Source of the DNA: a virus
Lineage: Duplodnaviria; Heunggongvirae; Uroviricota; Caudoviricetes
Virus record (IMG/VR): IMGVR_UViG_3300037453_000505
Direction: 5' to 3' (one strand)
DNA length: 20,895 nucleotides
The notes beneath the pieces were generated by a model. It worked only from the letters and a program-made list of their open reading frames with translations, did not search any database and was not told where the DNA came from. Shown here piece after piece: positions 1 through 12,953 of this stretch (positions are counted from its first letter, which is position 1; each line of letters opens with the position of its first letter). The position numbers and the translations under genes were made by a program.

Positions 1-3000
1 CCATTATGCTTTGTCTAGCCTCATCAAATGGTCTAAATGGTCAGAATGATTGCAATCATTGATACCACTGTGAAGTCATATTTAATGTCTCTGTCATATA
101 ATCTATGAAGTCTAACATTCCATACATATCTTCATCTTCTGGCCATCTTCAGTTATCTTGAAACCTTTGTAATTTCCAAGTCCACTTCAAGTCATTAAAC
201 AATGCTCATACAAAGTTTGTAAATTCTGGTCTAGTTGCTATATATTGAGCAATAGCTTCTCTTCATTCTCTACTCCATATTCAGTTAGCTGTTCAAAGCA
301 TCTTTAACGCGGTAAAGATATTACTTCAAGTTTGCTTAAATATATTCTGTCACCAACTTCATCTAAAGTTAAATAGTTGCATAAGTCAGTACATTATATT
401 TCCAAATCCACTTCAAGAGACTGCTCTATCAATTCAACCGAATCATAATCAAAGGATGTTTCTAAAGTTTCTACCTGAATAAGCAGATACTCTATCCATA
501 AGCCTAGTCTTTATATCAGCGCTAATAGTAGCATCATCCATAAAAGACATAAACTCTTTTGCAGAACCAAACTGCATAAAGTCATTATTCTTTATAGCTT
601 TAAGGAATGATATGTTCTTAAAGTTTCTAGCAAACAATCAATCGATAATATTATTAGCATTATCTTTATATGGGTCTAGTTGTCTAAACCATTTATTTGT
701 AGAACTAATACTTGATGCAGCTTCTTTATCTATTTTAGCATACATATTAATATAATCATCACTTGACTCAATAGGTGAAGTTTTATAAACTCAATCTACA
801 TCAGGTATTCAATATCTATTATAATAACTATCTAGTCTTAAATCATCTGGGCTAACTGTAGACTTTCATCTCAATACTATTTCATTATAGGCTCAATCTA
901 GCACTCAATAATGTGTTCTAATAGCATCTACCTCTGAAAGACTTTCAACTCATAATTCTCTTTCAAATCAAATTTGCTTTAAGAAATATGCTGTACCTTG
1001 CTGTGGAATAGTAAGTAACTGCCCTGGATACGACATCATCATTCTGAATATCATATTACTTCAGTTAAGTACATTCAAGATTTTAGTTCAAGTTCTTCAC
1101 CAAGCTCCAGTTAATGTAAAACCTGTAAGTCATTGAAGTATTCTCTTGAAATCTTCCTCACTAAAGTCAGCTCAGAATATCTCATTAAATTCATCTCTAG
1201 AAATTCAACTAATCTCTTCTACATAGTCTCTATATCATCATAAACTTTCTTGAAAATTTCACTTTCCTCTACGAACAAATATAGAAGCAGCATCATTATT
1301 TGATATATTGGCGAACTTAAAGAACTTTAATATCTGATTCTGTTCTACTGCGGACATTAATCAGAATATTCCCTTTACTGAATTAACATTCATAACCACC
1401 TCTCACAAATGAAAGAAAGCTTTATTAATCTCTTTATTAGTAGTACATCAAGTCAAACCATCAGCACTTCATAAAAGTCTCTCTAAGTTTTTAAAATATT
1501 TAGCCAATCTTAATGCTAAGTCTTCAGCTTGAGATGTAGGAGTGATAGAATTTAATTTAGATATATCCATCACATAATAATTCCTATATGCATCTTGTAC
1601 TAATTTATTTCTCTCAAGGATTTGTCAAGGCTTCCATTTTCAGAATGAAATTCTTCATTTCCATCCAATAAGATAGTCCTTCATTCATCTAGCTGCCTCT
1701 TCATTAAGTCAACTTAGAGCATCCATAGCATCAACCATCATATTTGTTAGGCTATATTTTCTCATTACAGTTCTAACATCATTCATAAATGCAGTAGATA
1801 AATCTGCTTCAGCCTCACTAATGATTTGTGTTTGGCTAAGCATAGATTGTAATGTAGAATCGTAACTATTAATTATGCTATTTCTATATTCTTTTTGTTG
1901 AGCCACAACCTTATCTAAAGCTTTTTTATCTCAAGTAGGGTCAACCGCAAACGATTTAATCTCATCTGCTCAAGCTACAAATATACTCTCATCATTAAAT
2001 ATAGATTTCTTCCAACTATCTATATTCATATCTCAAGCTTCTTTTATAGACACCCTCTCTCAATTATCTAAAGAGATATAAATAGAAGTCTGTAAATCTT
2101 CAGCATTATCAATTCAAATTGCCTTTAAATCATCCATAGCTTGTCTATACTGGAGTTTGATAGTATCCTCCACTTTCTTTTTCATATTTCTAACTGGAGT
2201 TCAATCCAATAATTGCCCTCATTTAGGGATATCTCTTAGATAAGTATATGGAAGAAAAACCTTTCTATAAAGAGTTTCCATCTTCTCCATAGCTTGCTTT
2301 ATTTCTTTAGGGCCTAGTTTTATTTGTTTATATATTGCCTCAGCTTCTGCAACTCAACTATGTACAATTTTGTTTAGGTCTTCTGTAGTAATATATCATT
2401 GCTCTCTAAATTTAGATATTACTCAAGCAAAGATATTTTCCTTTGCAGCCTTATCTAGCTCTGTTGTGTTATCTAATGTAGATAGCATCTTATCCCCATT
2501 AAGAAGATTTCAATGTAATACTCTAGGTAATCAATCTTCAGCTTTATATGTCTCAAAGAAGTTATATTTAAGAAGCATAGGATTCTGCTTATACATAAGC
2601 TCTGTAGGATAATTAAGCTTTGTAGATAATCATTTAGCAGCTTCTATATATCTAAGAATTGCATATGCTTGTTTATTTGATAGTCTATCAATTCAAGCTC
2701 TTCATAGAATTCTAAGCCCCTCTAATCATCAGATAGTATCAGGCAAATTATTTAATGCTTCTTCAAGAGATTGTTTAACATCATATACTAGATATTGTCA
2801 ATTAACTTCTCTAATAACTCAACCGCTCTCAGCTAATTTGTCTCTTCTTAGGGCTATCTCTCTTTCTAGTTTCTTATCCCCCGTTCATTTAACAATAGCC
2901 ATATTAATATCGTTATTGTTAGCAGCATTCTTTAATGTTGTTTTGTATTTTTGTAAGAGCTTATTTCTAATAGCAATCAATTCTTCATTAACCTTATCTG

Positions 3001-6000
3001 GATTTTGTCAAGAAACTCAGATAGGCAAAGAATACTTCATTCACATAATTCCATTCATTTCTTGCTTAGATACAAATTTATTATATCTAGGCAATAAGAA
3101 ATCTTGTTCAAACATATCTAAAGCATATCCAGCTTCTTGTTTAAGTTGCTCTGCTTTTTGAAATGTTAGAGATTTGTCCTTTACTCATTTATACACCTCT
3201 GATACATATTTATCTAAGATATCTGTGAGTACCTTTTCTTCATAATTAATAGGCATATCTCAAGCCTTAGCCATCTGTATAGAAGCTATAGCCGAATAGC
3301 TATCTTGTAGAAATTTATTATCCACTTCTCTAATAACAGAAGCTTGACTAGGTAATTCAAGCTTATTAAGCCTACCTTTGAATAAACTATTCTCATAATC
3401 AAATCTAAATTCAGCAGGCATTAATGTATCTACTATAGTTTTTAATCAATCTTGAGAAAATGGGATATTGTTTTTGTATAAGAAAGCTTCTACAAATTTA
3501 TTATTTAGGTCTAGTCTATTGTATAAATAATCATAAACTAGAGATTTAATATTTATAAGAGGCAACTCGTATCAAGCACTTACTAGATTTTCTGCAAATG
3601 ATATTGATAATGTATCGAATATATTATTATTAATCTTCCCAATCATTATCTTCATATCTTCCTTACTTAAGTCTTGATTAGGGAAGAATATTTCTTTATA
3701 CACTTTCTCAAATGTTTTATTTTGGAACATATTTTTAATATCATCCATAGACATAGTTTGAGCAGTTCCACCATTAGCCAATGAAATTATTTTTCATTTA
3801 GACATTAAACTATCTACAGCACTTCAGGCCGTCTTATAATCTAGGTAAGTTTCTCTAATATGTTCGATATTTGGATTTCATTGAATATCGCTTCTAATAA
3901 GGGTATCTCATAATTCTTCTTTAATCCTTTCCTCTAATTCTTCATTTGTAAGATTAGATATTTCATTTTTAATTGCGTTAATATCTACAATTTCTTTATC
4001 ATATTTTCAAGCCGTAATCCTTTCCAAAGAAAATTGTTTATCTATTCTCTGCCATAGTTTAGCCTTGTCTTGGATTTGGTCGAAACTTTTTAAATCAATT
4101 CATAGTTTTTCTGAAAGAAGTTTCTCAACCCTGTTTACATATTGTTTATCCACCTTAGCAGAAGACACTCAAAGCATTTCTCAAAAGTATTTTACAGCGA
4201 CATTATTGAGCTCTTTATTATATTTCATCATAGCCTTTTGAGCATCAACAGGTTTTCAAGTCTCAGGGTTAACTCAATTCTTAGCTTCATAAGCTGTATT
4301 AAAAATCTCTTTTGTAGGTCTAGCTTCTCATAGAGATTGAATAGATATAGTTCAAGATACATCTCTAAACATATCATCATCTATTGTTTTATAATATAGT
4401 AGTCAATTCTCAATAGAAAAGTTTGCAGACATCCCTCCTCTAGGGAATAATACTGTAATCTTATCGTCCTCCTTAAGCCCCTCATTTGCAATATTTAATG
4501 CTTTACTAAGTATATCATTATCTTTATATCTTGAGTCATTTACTATTAAATATCATCATTTTAATTTTTCTACTAATCTCTCGGCTAAAGCATCGGCATC
4601 TATCTCGTCAGCATCAAACATCTCCATTCAATCAGAAGGCACTCTCATTCTATTTCTCTCTGCTAATTTATCCATAAAGTCAGCCCTAGCTCTATTTAAT
4701 TCATCTTTAGAATAAAGGGGCTTCCTAAAATCAAAAAATCAAATTTTACTTCATTCTTTTACTTCAATTCAAGTTATAGCCTTAAGAGATATATCTCTTA
4801 CATCTACAACCTCTGGAGATTCTCAAGCCTTAGCGAATAATCTTAAGATTTTTTCAGCGGCTCATTTTGTGTCTCATAATAATTTAGTAGTAGCAACTGA
4901 TAAAACCGTTCAATCATCAAAAGCTCATACTTTTAACAATTTTAGAATGTTTACATCTCAAGTTATATCATATATAATTTGGATTACATCTAGAGGCTTC
5001 ATCTCTATCTTGTTTATAACTATAGGATTATCTAATAGTTTTACATCTTCATCCATTTTTTTAGCAAAAGCAGTTAATGCATTCAGAAAAGCTGTTCAGT
5101 CTTCAACACCATATCAACGCTTTCTAGCACTCCTAGCAGCATTATCCGCCATTACAAAATCTGATAATGTGGCTCATTGCTCTGTGAATTGGATAGTCTT
5201 CATAATAGAGTTTGCTTTCTTTATGTTTTCTTGAGTAACCCTCATTCAAGAAGTTAACTCAATTAATTTTTCTCTATATGCTTGTCTTAATGTTCAGTCT
5301 CTATATAATTGCTCTGTATTTGTATAAGCTCTAGCTAATAACTTATCTAAGTCTCTTTTTCAATACTTAGCTATCTGGTCTAAAGTTAAATCTCAAGTAA
5401 GATTTTCAGCCCCCATAGTCTCAAAGGCTTTTAATATTCAATCGTCAATTCAACCATCAGAAAGCAATTCTCTAGCCATAATAAATTGACTCCAAGCCTT
5501 ACCTGCTCCAGCTGGGTCTTCTCAAAATACCTTCTTTATTGCGGCCCATTCGCTATCAAGCTTTGCAAATCATTTAGGATTTTCTCATTTAGCTATCTGT
5601 TCCATCGCATCACTATGAAGCTGTTTCACTTTTTTTTCAAAATCTTTTTTAGTTATATCTCAATTTTTTAGCTGTTTCTTTAAATCAGCTAGTCATTTAG
5701 ATTTAAAATCTGAATATTGTCTAATACTATAATTAGCAGAAATAGTTTCAGCCATTGCATCCTTCATCTCTTTTAGAGCTTTAGCAGGATTCTTAGCATA
5801 TTGTCCTCCCCACTGCTTAGCTATAAGCTCATAATCAGCTGGAGATGCTTTACTAAGTTTCTCTAAAAATTCTACTCATCAAGCCATAGTTCATCAGCTC
5901 TCTGTAATTTGATAGGCTAGTTCTCTATAAGCATCTCCTACCCTAACTTCGTCTTCAAGAATTTTTGCCTGAACTATAGCTCTCATCTCTATATTAGCAG

Positions 6001-6199
6001 AATTAGCTCTAAGTTCTAGCTCGTGGGCACTTCGTCAAGTAACATCATCTGCTCAAGATTTCCCTGCATTTCAAGAACGCATTAAGGCATCTTTTTTTAT
6101 AGCTGACAATCTAGCAATCTCTTCTGCTAATTCTTCATCTCAAGAAATTATTCCTAATGAAATAATATTTGATAATTCATCACAGTCTTTTACTGCCAT
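1..6199 (-). CDS. Very large (>2066 aa, runs off window) probable virion internal/ejection-type or large polyvalent protein
   Basis: ATG at 6199 (MAVKDCDELSNIISLG...). Track ORFs 449-637, 1709-1906 and 3572-3781 share this frame and each ends at TGA. With TGA=Gly I saw no TAA/TAG in the parts read. Size and position downstream of terL suggest a virion protein; the function is inference and no catalytic motif was recognised. Confidence 0.8.
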
Positions 6200-6209
6200 T
6201 AGTTTAAAA

Positions 6210-9200
6210 TTAACATCATAAAACTTCCTTTACCTTTTCTACAATTTCATTATATCATCACGTATCAGCTATATCATCAATAACTTTATCTGACAAATTA
6301 ACTCATTCTACTCATTTAATTTTATTTAAAGCCTGTCTAGTTTCTTTTGCTTCTTTTATAGTAACTCATAAACTCTCTAATGTAATATTCTCAGCCTTAA
6401 GTCAAAAACGTTTTAATCAATTTTCATTTAGATAATAAGTTCAATCTATTTCATCAAACCATTTATCTCTATTTTTATTTACACTAGAATATCAATCAAC
6501 CTTAGATAATCTATCTAAATCTTCTTCGCTAAATCAATTCTTTACTCTACTATCAAATCATCAATAGAATACAGAGTCTAATACTGCATTATAACCTACA
6601 TTTCATTTTGTATATATGTTGGCATTGACTCAATTCTTGAGTTTAATACTAGAGACATATGGCCCCATACTTACATCTCAAGGAATTCTTCACAAATATT
6701 TAACAACATCTGCTATATTTGTACTTCAATTAGCCAATATCCTTCTCACATTTTTACCTATATAAGAGTTACTTCCATATGCTTGTGTTACATAATTCCA
6801 AGCTAAATCTTTAGTCATCTTACCTATAGCCTGTTGCTCTGCTGGACTTAATTGCTTATATGCCTTTTTAGCAGCCTCTTCTACAGCTCAGAAATTTTTA
6901 GCATAAGCCTTTAAATCATCTAAATTTATTTCTCATTTTCATTTCTGCAATGCTCTAGCTATATTTTCAGCTGCTTCATCAGAACTATCTATATATCTAG
7001 CTAGATTCCATATCCCTCATCATTTTCCTCCTGATAATAATTGGAACCATCATTTTCAGGTAAACAATCTAGTTAGTTCTGGCATTACATCAAACACTCA
7101 ACTTCATATAGCGGACATCCAGAAAGATGTATCTGAATATGGCTCAGTATCATAAGCACTCCATTGAGCATCCATTATCTGTCATATTCATAATTGAGTA
7201 ACTGCTCTATCAATCAATTCTGCCGCAGTTTTTACTGTTTGATTTACATTTTTCACTCACTTTGCTGCACTAGCAATCTCGTGTATTTTAGCTTCGGTAA
7301 GTCATAAATTCTTTCAAACTGTAGCAAAATCAGTTCATCTTAATGCAGCTCTTCACCAATTTAATAAACTTGTACCTTTAGCAGCATCAATAACCTGTTT
7401 AGTTTTACTTAAATCTTTTACGTGTCTTAATGCTGTAGCTCAACCTCCTGGTCAAGTTAATGCAACCATAGCAATATCTGGTATTAGGTTACCAGCTATC
7501 TCTGGAATATATTCGGCTCATTCTAAGGCATATTTTTTAATTGTTCTTTTTATATTTCAGTCATCTGTTTCTAGAAGTCTAAAGGCTGTAATATCCTGGT
7601 CTATATAATCTGAAGTGAGACTATCTTGTCAAGTAACAGCCATATTTAAAGCATCCATAGAAATTCATAATGTAGCTTGTCAGGCTTCTCATAACCAATC
7701 TCATAATGGCTCAAAAAAATATTCTACATCTCCCCAGAGATTTTTGATGTTCCCCATAATAGAACCCTTATTTTTATCTTGTTTATAGAAATAAGCGGCC
7801 TCATTAGCCATTTTAGAGAATACATCTAGAGCCGATTGATGTTCTTCTAAATTCCAGTCTTCTCAACTTATCTCCTTTAATTTATTAGTAAGTACATCGC
7901 TTAAACTTTCTCAATTCTCAAATGTGTCTAAATTGTTAACTATTTCTCATCTCTTATCTGTTCAATAGACTAATGTCTGTCTTAATACTTCATTAAGTCA
8001 TTCCATATAAGCCTTTTCCATTTCTCTAAACTTCTTTGCAGTTTCGAGAATATTTTTATCTCCAACAGACCGAGTTGAACTATCTCTTCATAAGATTTCT
8101 TTTTCAAACCTATAAACTGGTTGTACTCTTTCTCGAACTCTATTTAATTGAGGTTGAACGACTTCATATGCATAAGTCATTAATGCACTATTAGCTGCAT
8201 TAGGATTCACATTACGCATAGGCTCAAAATAACTATCTACATTTTTTAAAGCTATATCTTGGTTCTTTTTCATCCAATCACTTTGATAGCTTTCAGACAA
8301 ATCAAAAGTTTCTGTCTCATCTTCTGAAATATTATTTTGTCCTAATCAATAGCTTTCGTATATATCATTTTTAGCTTTATCATTATCAAATTTCATAAAT
8401 ACATAATTTTGAAATTCATCAAATGTAGGAGTATATCTTCATTTCTCTTTTCAACTAGAAGCTAATGTATTCAACTCATCATCTGAATACATATCTTTTC
8501 TCCTTCATATAGATGTTTTTCAGAATAATCAATCTGTATAATAATCATCAGCCCTAACTCTAAATAAGCTCTTAGCTTTATTATAGAAGTCCATCCAGGC
8601 TTGTGTTTGGTCTGCTTGAGTAATTCAGGGTCTATTTACCTGTTCTACAAAATCATTTAGATATTGGTTGTACATATCTTCAGTTCAACTTCTTGTACCC
8701 CAATCATAATCAAAGAAACCCCTATCTTCGTTTAAATCTAAGTAAAGAACATTACCATTATCTTGATTATATCCTACAGCATAAAGTTTTTCTTTATCAT
8801 TATAATCCGCTTTCGCTTTTCTAGAATTAATAAGTGAATTAATTCAATCATTGATTGAGTTATTTACATTATTAGCTCGCTCGTTTAAATCTTTACCAAA
8901 CTCACTCCAGGCTTTTTTACTTGTAAGCAAATCTCATAAAGAGTAATCTTGTTTATCTTGTGTTTCTATAGGTGTGGTGTCAGGTATGGTATCTAATGAA
9001 GCCTGCTGTTGTAGGTTCTTCATTCTCTCTCATAAATCAGAAAAACCGCTAGACATAGTAGCGGTATTGTTATTTGTGGTTGTTTGATTTATATTTCAGT
9101 TAGCTATTTGTTGGTTAAGAGTTTGTTTGTTTTTATTCTTATCTTCATCTGTAGTAACAGTATTTGTATAAGTATCGCTACTATCAGTAACAAATAAATT

Positions 9201-9257
9201 CTTAGCCCAAGTTCAAATACCCTTTACTGCTCATTTTAATGTATCCAAAACTGACAT
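6210..9257 (-). CDS. 1015-aa hypothetical protein, probable virion/ejection protein
   Basis: ATG 9257 (MSVLDTLKGAVKGIGTWAKNLF...) to TAA 6210-6212. Same frame as track ORF 8088-8300. T/N/Q-rich low-complexity N-terminus and an Ala/Gly-rich hydrophobic middle segment (IPDIAMVALTGPGG). Confidence 0.8.
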
Positions 9258-9281
9258 TTAGAAAATATCTACGATATAAAT

Positions 9282-9584
9282 CTATTCCTCTTCAAAGTAG
9301 TCATTCTCTATTTGATTCTTAATTGTTTTTTCTTCTTCATCTAATTCTTCTTTATATTGCTCTTTTACCTTCTCATCAACCACTGGAACAAGTGCAATTC
9401 AGGCTGCTTTATCTAATAAAGCCTCTGCGTCTGATTTGGTAATATTGTACTGCTCAAGGGAATAGATAAAATATCATTCATCATCTCTACCGAGTAGGCA
9501 TAACAACTCTCAGTCGTCGTCTCTAATAAGTACGTAATTGTTTACTAAGGTTTTTAAAACCTCTTGTTTTCTTTCTAATAACAT
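9282..9584 (-). CDS. 100-aa acidic hypothetical protein
   Basis: ATG 9584 (MLLERKQEVLKTLVNNYVLIRDDDGELLCLLGRDDEGYF...) to TAG 9282-9284, with in-frame TGA=Gly and a Glu-rich C-terminus. Confidence 0.8.
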
Positions 9585-9594
9585 TTTCCTATAT

Positions 9595-9630
9595 ATAGAT
9601 TATAAAAAAGTGGCAAAAAATTATAACATT
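9595..9630 (-). promoter_or_regulatory. Conserved 36-bp intergenic motif AATGTTATAA-W4-TTGMCA-N6-TATAATCTAT, copy 1
   Basis: Minus strand reads AATGTTATAA TTTT TTGCCA CTTTTT TATAATCTAT, just upstream of the 9584 ATG. Matches the copy at 12861-12896. Confidence 0.55.
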
Positions 9631-9635
9631 TTAAT

Positions 9636-11786
9636 TTAGAATAAACTATTCTTTAGATTTGAAAGGAAGTCTCAAGTCGTTTCCTTTGGTTTCTGATATC
9701 TCTCTGCCCGTAATTCCTCAGCTATTTGCTGATTTGATTTCTGATTTCATATTCTAGCAACATCTTTTATTCAAAGCTGGTCGTGAAACCAAGCAAAATA
9801 TAGAACAAGCATCATTCAAGAAACCTGGTCATCGTGCTTCTTTTTCTCTCACCTAGCAGAAGCTTTATACTTCTTAAAGTGAGATAATTCCTCAACTAGT
9901 CAATTCTCTCCATAACAAGCTGGGTCAATACTAATTAAGTTAGTATCAAAGAAACTACTTCTAATCATCTCAATACACCATTGCTTACCTACATTATGTC
10001 TTGCTCAAGGTTGGTATGTAACATTTCAAGTCCATTTAATAAGCATATCGCAAGGCATTCATAACATTCATAGCTCTCTAGCCGCAGCCCATCATCTAGA
10101 GGCATCAAGTACAAGGTATACAGGCTTTCAAGAGTTTTTATATTCTTGAATTATGCTTTTCATCTTAGCAAATCTTTCATTACTTTCCTTTGCTAAATTG
10201 TGAGTTTCTTTGATATAATATTTCCCATCTTTACATCATAACACACAAAGTCAAGGATTATCAAAGGTATCAGCTTCATCATAACCAACTACCCAATAAT
10301 CACAATCAGATGGACATTGCATTTGTCTTCACTCAATATTGAATACAGTTTGGTCTGTAGAGTATTCTCCATAATATTCGGCAAGCATATAGTCGTAACC
10401 TCTAGCATTTAATACTCTAGTTACTTGTGCCGTTTTCTGCTCTTCTGTTAAAAACTCAACATCGTCCATAGTAAAATGTAGTGCTACCTCTGGTCTTCTT
10501 TGAATAAACTCAGCCCTCATTTTTTCAAAGTCTCAATTTTTAATTTTCTTTATATAATCAGCTCTACTTTTACATAAGTGCATTCAATATTTAATCCATA
10601 TATCGTGGATTAATACATCAATAGGTTCATAGTCTCTTTGGTTTTTATAAGCATTAAGCCAACCTTTATAAAAGTTTCAAGCTTGTGTATCTGGACCAAT
10701 AGTAGAAATAAGAGTCACTAAAGAATCTGCTGTAGCCATTGCCGTTCAAACATAATCCCAATCTAGATAATCTGCTTCGTCTCACACAAACTTTCTAGTT
10801 CTACGAGACCTAGTAGGGTCATTCTGATTAGTTGTCACATATTCTAGTTTTCTTTGTTTGTCTCAATCTAGGATATATAATCAGGTACTATCAGGTAGTT
10901 TATTACAAAAGCTAGGTAAATCAAGAAGATTATTAAGCATTTGTTGCGAGTAAACCATATAAGGAGCATTCTGTTTTTGAGAAAGTCCCATATATAATAC
11001 AGAGAATTCCTGAATCTTTTCGTTACTATCTGTTATTTCTTTTAATAAGTATCAAGCACTATCTCCATTAATATATAATGATTTACCTCATCATCTAGGT
11101 CAAATTACATATGTAACTCATCAGCTTAAGAGCCAAACCATCATCTGCCAATGCTGAAGGCAAAATCAATTAAATGTTCTACCTGTGTCAGCAAGCATAG
11201 CCTCAAATAATTTTGGCTTATAAACTCAGAATAAATTAGTTTTGAATTTCGTTCATTGAACCTCATATTCAATAGAAAAGTCTTCTCATATATCCCATTC
11301 TACATATTCTGTTTTTCATAGGTTTTTCTTATTCTTTCAGGCTGGTATTCTAAGAGGTGTAACCCTAAATATTCATAAGATAATATCTTTCATCATACAT
11401 AAGGCTAAGACATTTCTTGTACTATTTAAAGCGCTTACATCTTCTTTCTCCCTACGATGGAATACTCAATCTTTATCTAGATGATAATCATCCATAAAAC
11501 GACTCAATATAAACTCCATACGAGTTGATACAGCCCCCTTTGTAATAAAGGTCAAGAACTTAGCATCTATATCTTGCTTTAGGATTTTATCTGTCCCCAG
11601 GGGTATTTGGATAGGTATCTCTAAGTCTGGTGGTCTTTTGATGTTAACAAACACCATAAGTTTTTTATTCTTTTCATATCGCTCTTCAGCTTCTTTCGGG
11701 TCGAGAACATACTTCAGATTTTGTTTTTCTCAATTATAAAACAATCCTCTCGAATCCTCTCGGTCTTTATATAAAAATCAATACAT
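9636..11786 (-). CDS. terL: Terminase large subunit (716 aa)
   Basis: With TGA=Gly: Walker A VIGPRGGGKS (11079-11102), Walker B KFVGDEAD, coupling motif LISTIG, RNase-H-like nuclease motifs VVGYDEA, LVLDAS and C-terminal KHDDQV. Joins track ORFs 11466-11657 and 10329-10520. Alternative start at 11657. Confidence 0.92.
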
Positions 11787-12734
11787 TTAGGTAGGTACTA
11801 TATAATATAAATTTTCTCGTTCATTTATTTTTATTTTTATTAGATAAGCATCTTGTACAATGTATATAGGAGGCATATCCTTGTCATTTTTATCTTTCCA
11901 TCGACTCATCCTTCTAGAGTGGATATCTTCAACAGTATCCTTAGTTAACCAAGGTAAATTATTTTCTAAGGCTATTCTAAACAAATTTCAGGTTTGGGTA
12001 ACTAACACATCTCAAAATATAAAGCTAGTTCTTCATAAATATAATTCAGTAACCATAAATTTATCTCTAATCATTCATTCTGCTACATATACTATACGTC
12101 AGGTATTTATATCTGAAGATTCACATAAAGAGTTTAATGGTTCATCTATTGTATATGTAGGATAATCATATGGCTGTTGCTTCCTATGTAAACTAATCTC
12201 ACATTTTTTTATTTCATTTAAATGTGGCTTTAGATATTCATATACCTTTCACTGAGTATTTAACAGCTCTTTTATACAACGGTCTACACCTTTTCTATTA
12301 CTTATTCTAAATGGAGACATTTGTCTTGGAAGCCAATTCCAATTAAGTCTCCTTATCTTAGAACTTCGCCAAGCAAATTTATAAGCGGCTCTTTTTGTAT
12401 CGTCTTTTTTATATTTCTCTGTATAGTATTTGTCTCGATTAACTAAATCTGGGACATCTGCTCGAAGTTCATCACAAATCTCTCACATCATATTCTCTAA
12501 TCATTCTTGGTATTCCTTATATCTTCTTTTGTACCTATCTTTCTTTTTTTTGTAATAATCTTTTTTATATCGCTTAATAAATTCTTCCTTTAAAAGCTCT
12601 TTCCTTTTTTCCTTCCTTATCTGTTTATCTGTTTTTCTCTCTTTATTATTCCTTTGCTTTAGGAATTTATAATAATCCCTAGTATTTATAGGCTTTTCTA
12701 TTAATTCATCTTGTAACTCATTGAATAGTGACAT
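11787..12734 (-). CDS. 315-aa hypothetical protein with very Lys/Arg-rich N-terminus (possible terminase small subunit or nucleic-acid-binding protein)
   Basis: Track ORFs 12501-12734 and 11787-11984 are in the same frame and are joined through TGA codons. Its TAA abuts the terL ATG. Function inferred from position only. Confidence 0.75.
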
Positions 12735-12807
12735 AGTGGTTTGGTAGGTAAATATGTTTATCTATTAATAGATTATATTTTTTTGAAGGAAAATAAAAAA
12801 TTATCTT

Positions 12808-12835
12808 TTGACATTTTTCGTTTTATATCTAGATT
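12808..12835 (+). promoter_or_regulatory. Candidate sigma70-like promoter
   Basis: TTGACA (12808-12813), 16 nt, TAGATT (12830-12835). AT-rich background makes a chance match possible. Confidence 0.35.
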
Positions 12836-12860
12836 ATGTAGTTTAGAACTGACCTAGATA

Positions 12861-12896
12861 AATGTTATAAAAATTTGACAAAATTTTATAATCTAT
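12861..12896 (+). promoter_or_regulatory. Conserved 36-bp intergenic motif, copy 2
   Basis: AATGTTATAA AAAT TTGACA AAATTT TATAATCTAT in the divergent control region. Confidence 0.55.
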
Positions 12897-12918
12897 TATT
12901 AGAGACATAAAAAATCTC

Positions 12919-12948
12919 TTGAAAAACTATTTGGACTAGATATAGTCC
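12919..12948 (+). promoter_or_regulatory. Candidate promoter of the replication operon with overlapping operator-like inverted repeat
   Basis: TTGAAA (12919-12924), 16 nt, TATAGT (12941-12946). An inverted repeat TGGACTA/TAGTCCA (12932-12948) covers the -10 box. The predicted start site coincides with the 5' end of the structured leader. Confidence 0.5.
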
Positions 12949-12953
12949 AGATA

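Noticed and set aside
2370..5671. Plus-strand track ORFs (2370, 2838, 4142, 4869, 5486) and 11860-12165
   Set aside because: Antisense shadows of long minus-strand genes; Ser/Leu/Ile/Phe-rich with no motifs.
1..6199. Virion RNA polymerase in the giant ORF
   Set aside because: No DxDGD-type or single-subunit polymerase motif seen in the portions read (FDADEIDAD near 4600 is not a match); cannot be fully excluded without profile searches.
11079..11102. TGA=Trp (code 4) or selenocysteine
   Set aside because: Walker A would read WPRWWGKS; frequent tandem TGA-TGA fits Gly-Gly.
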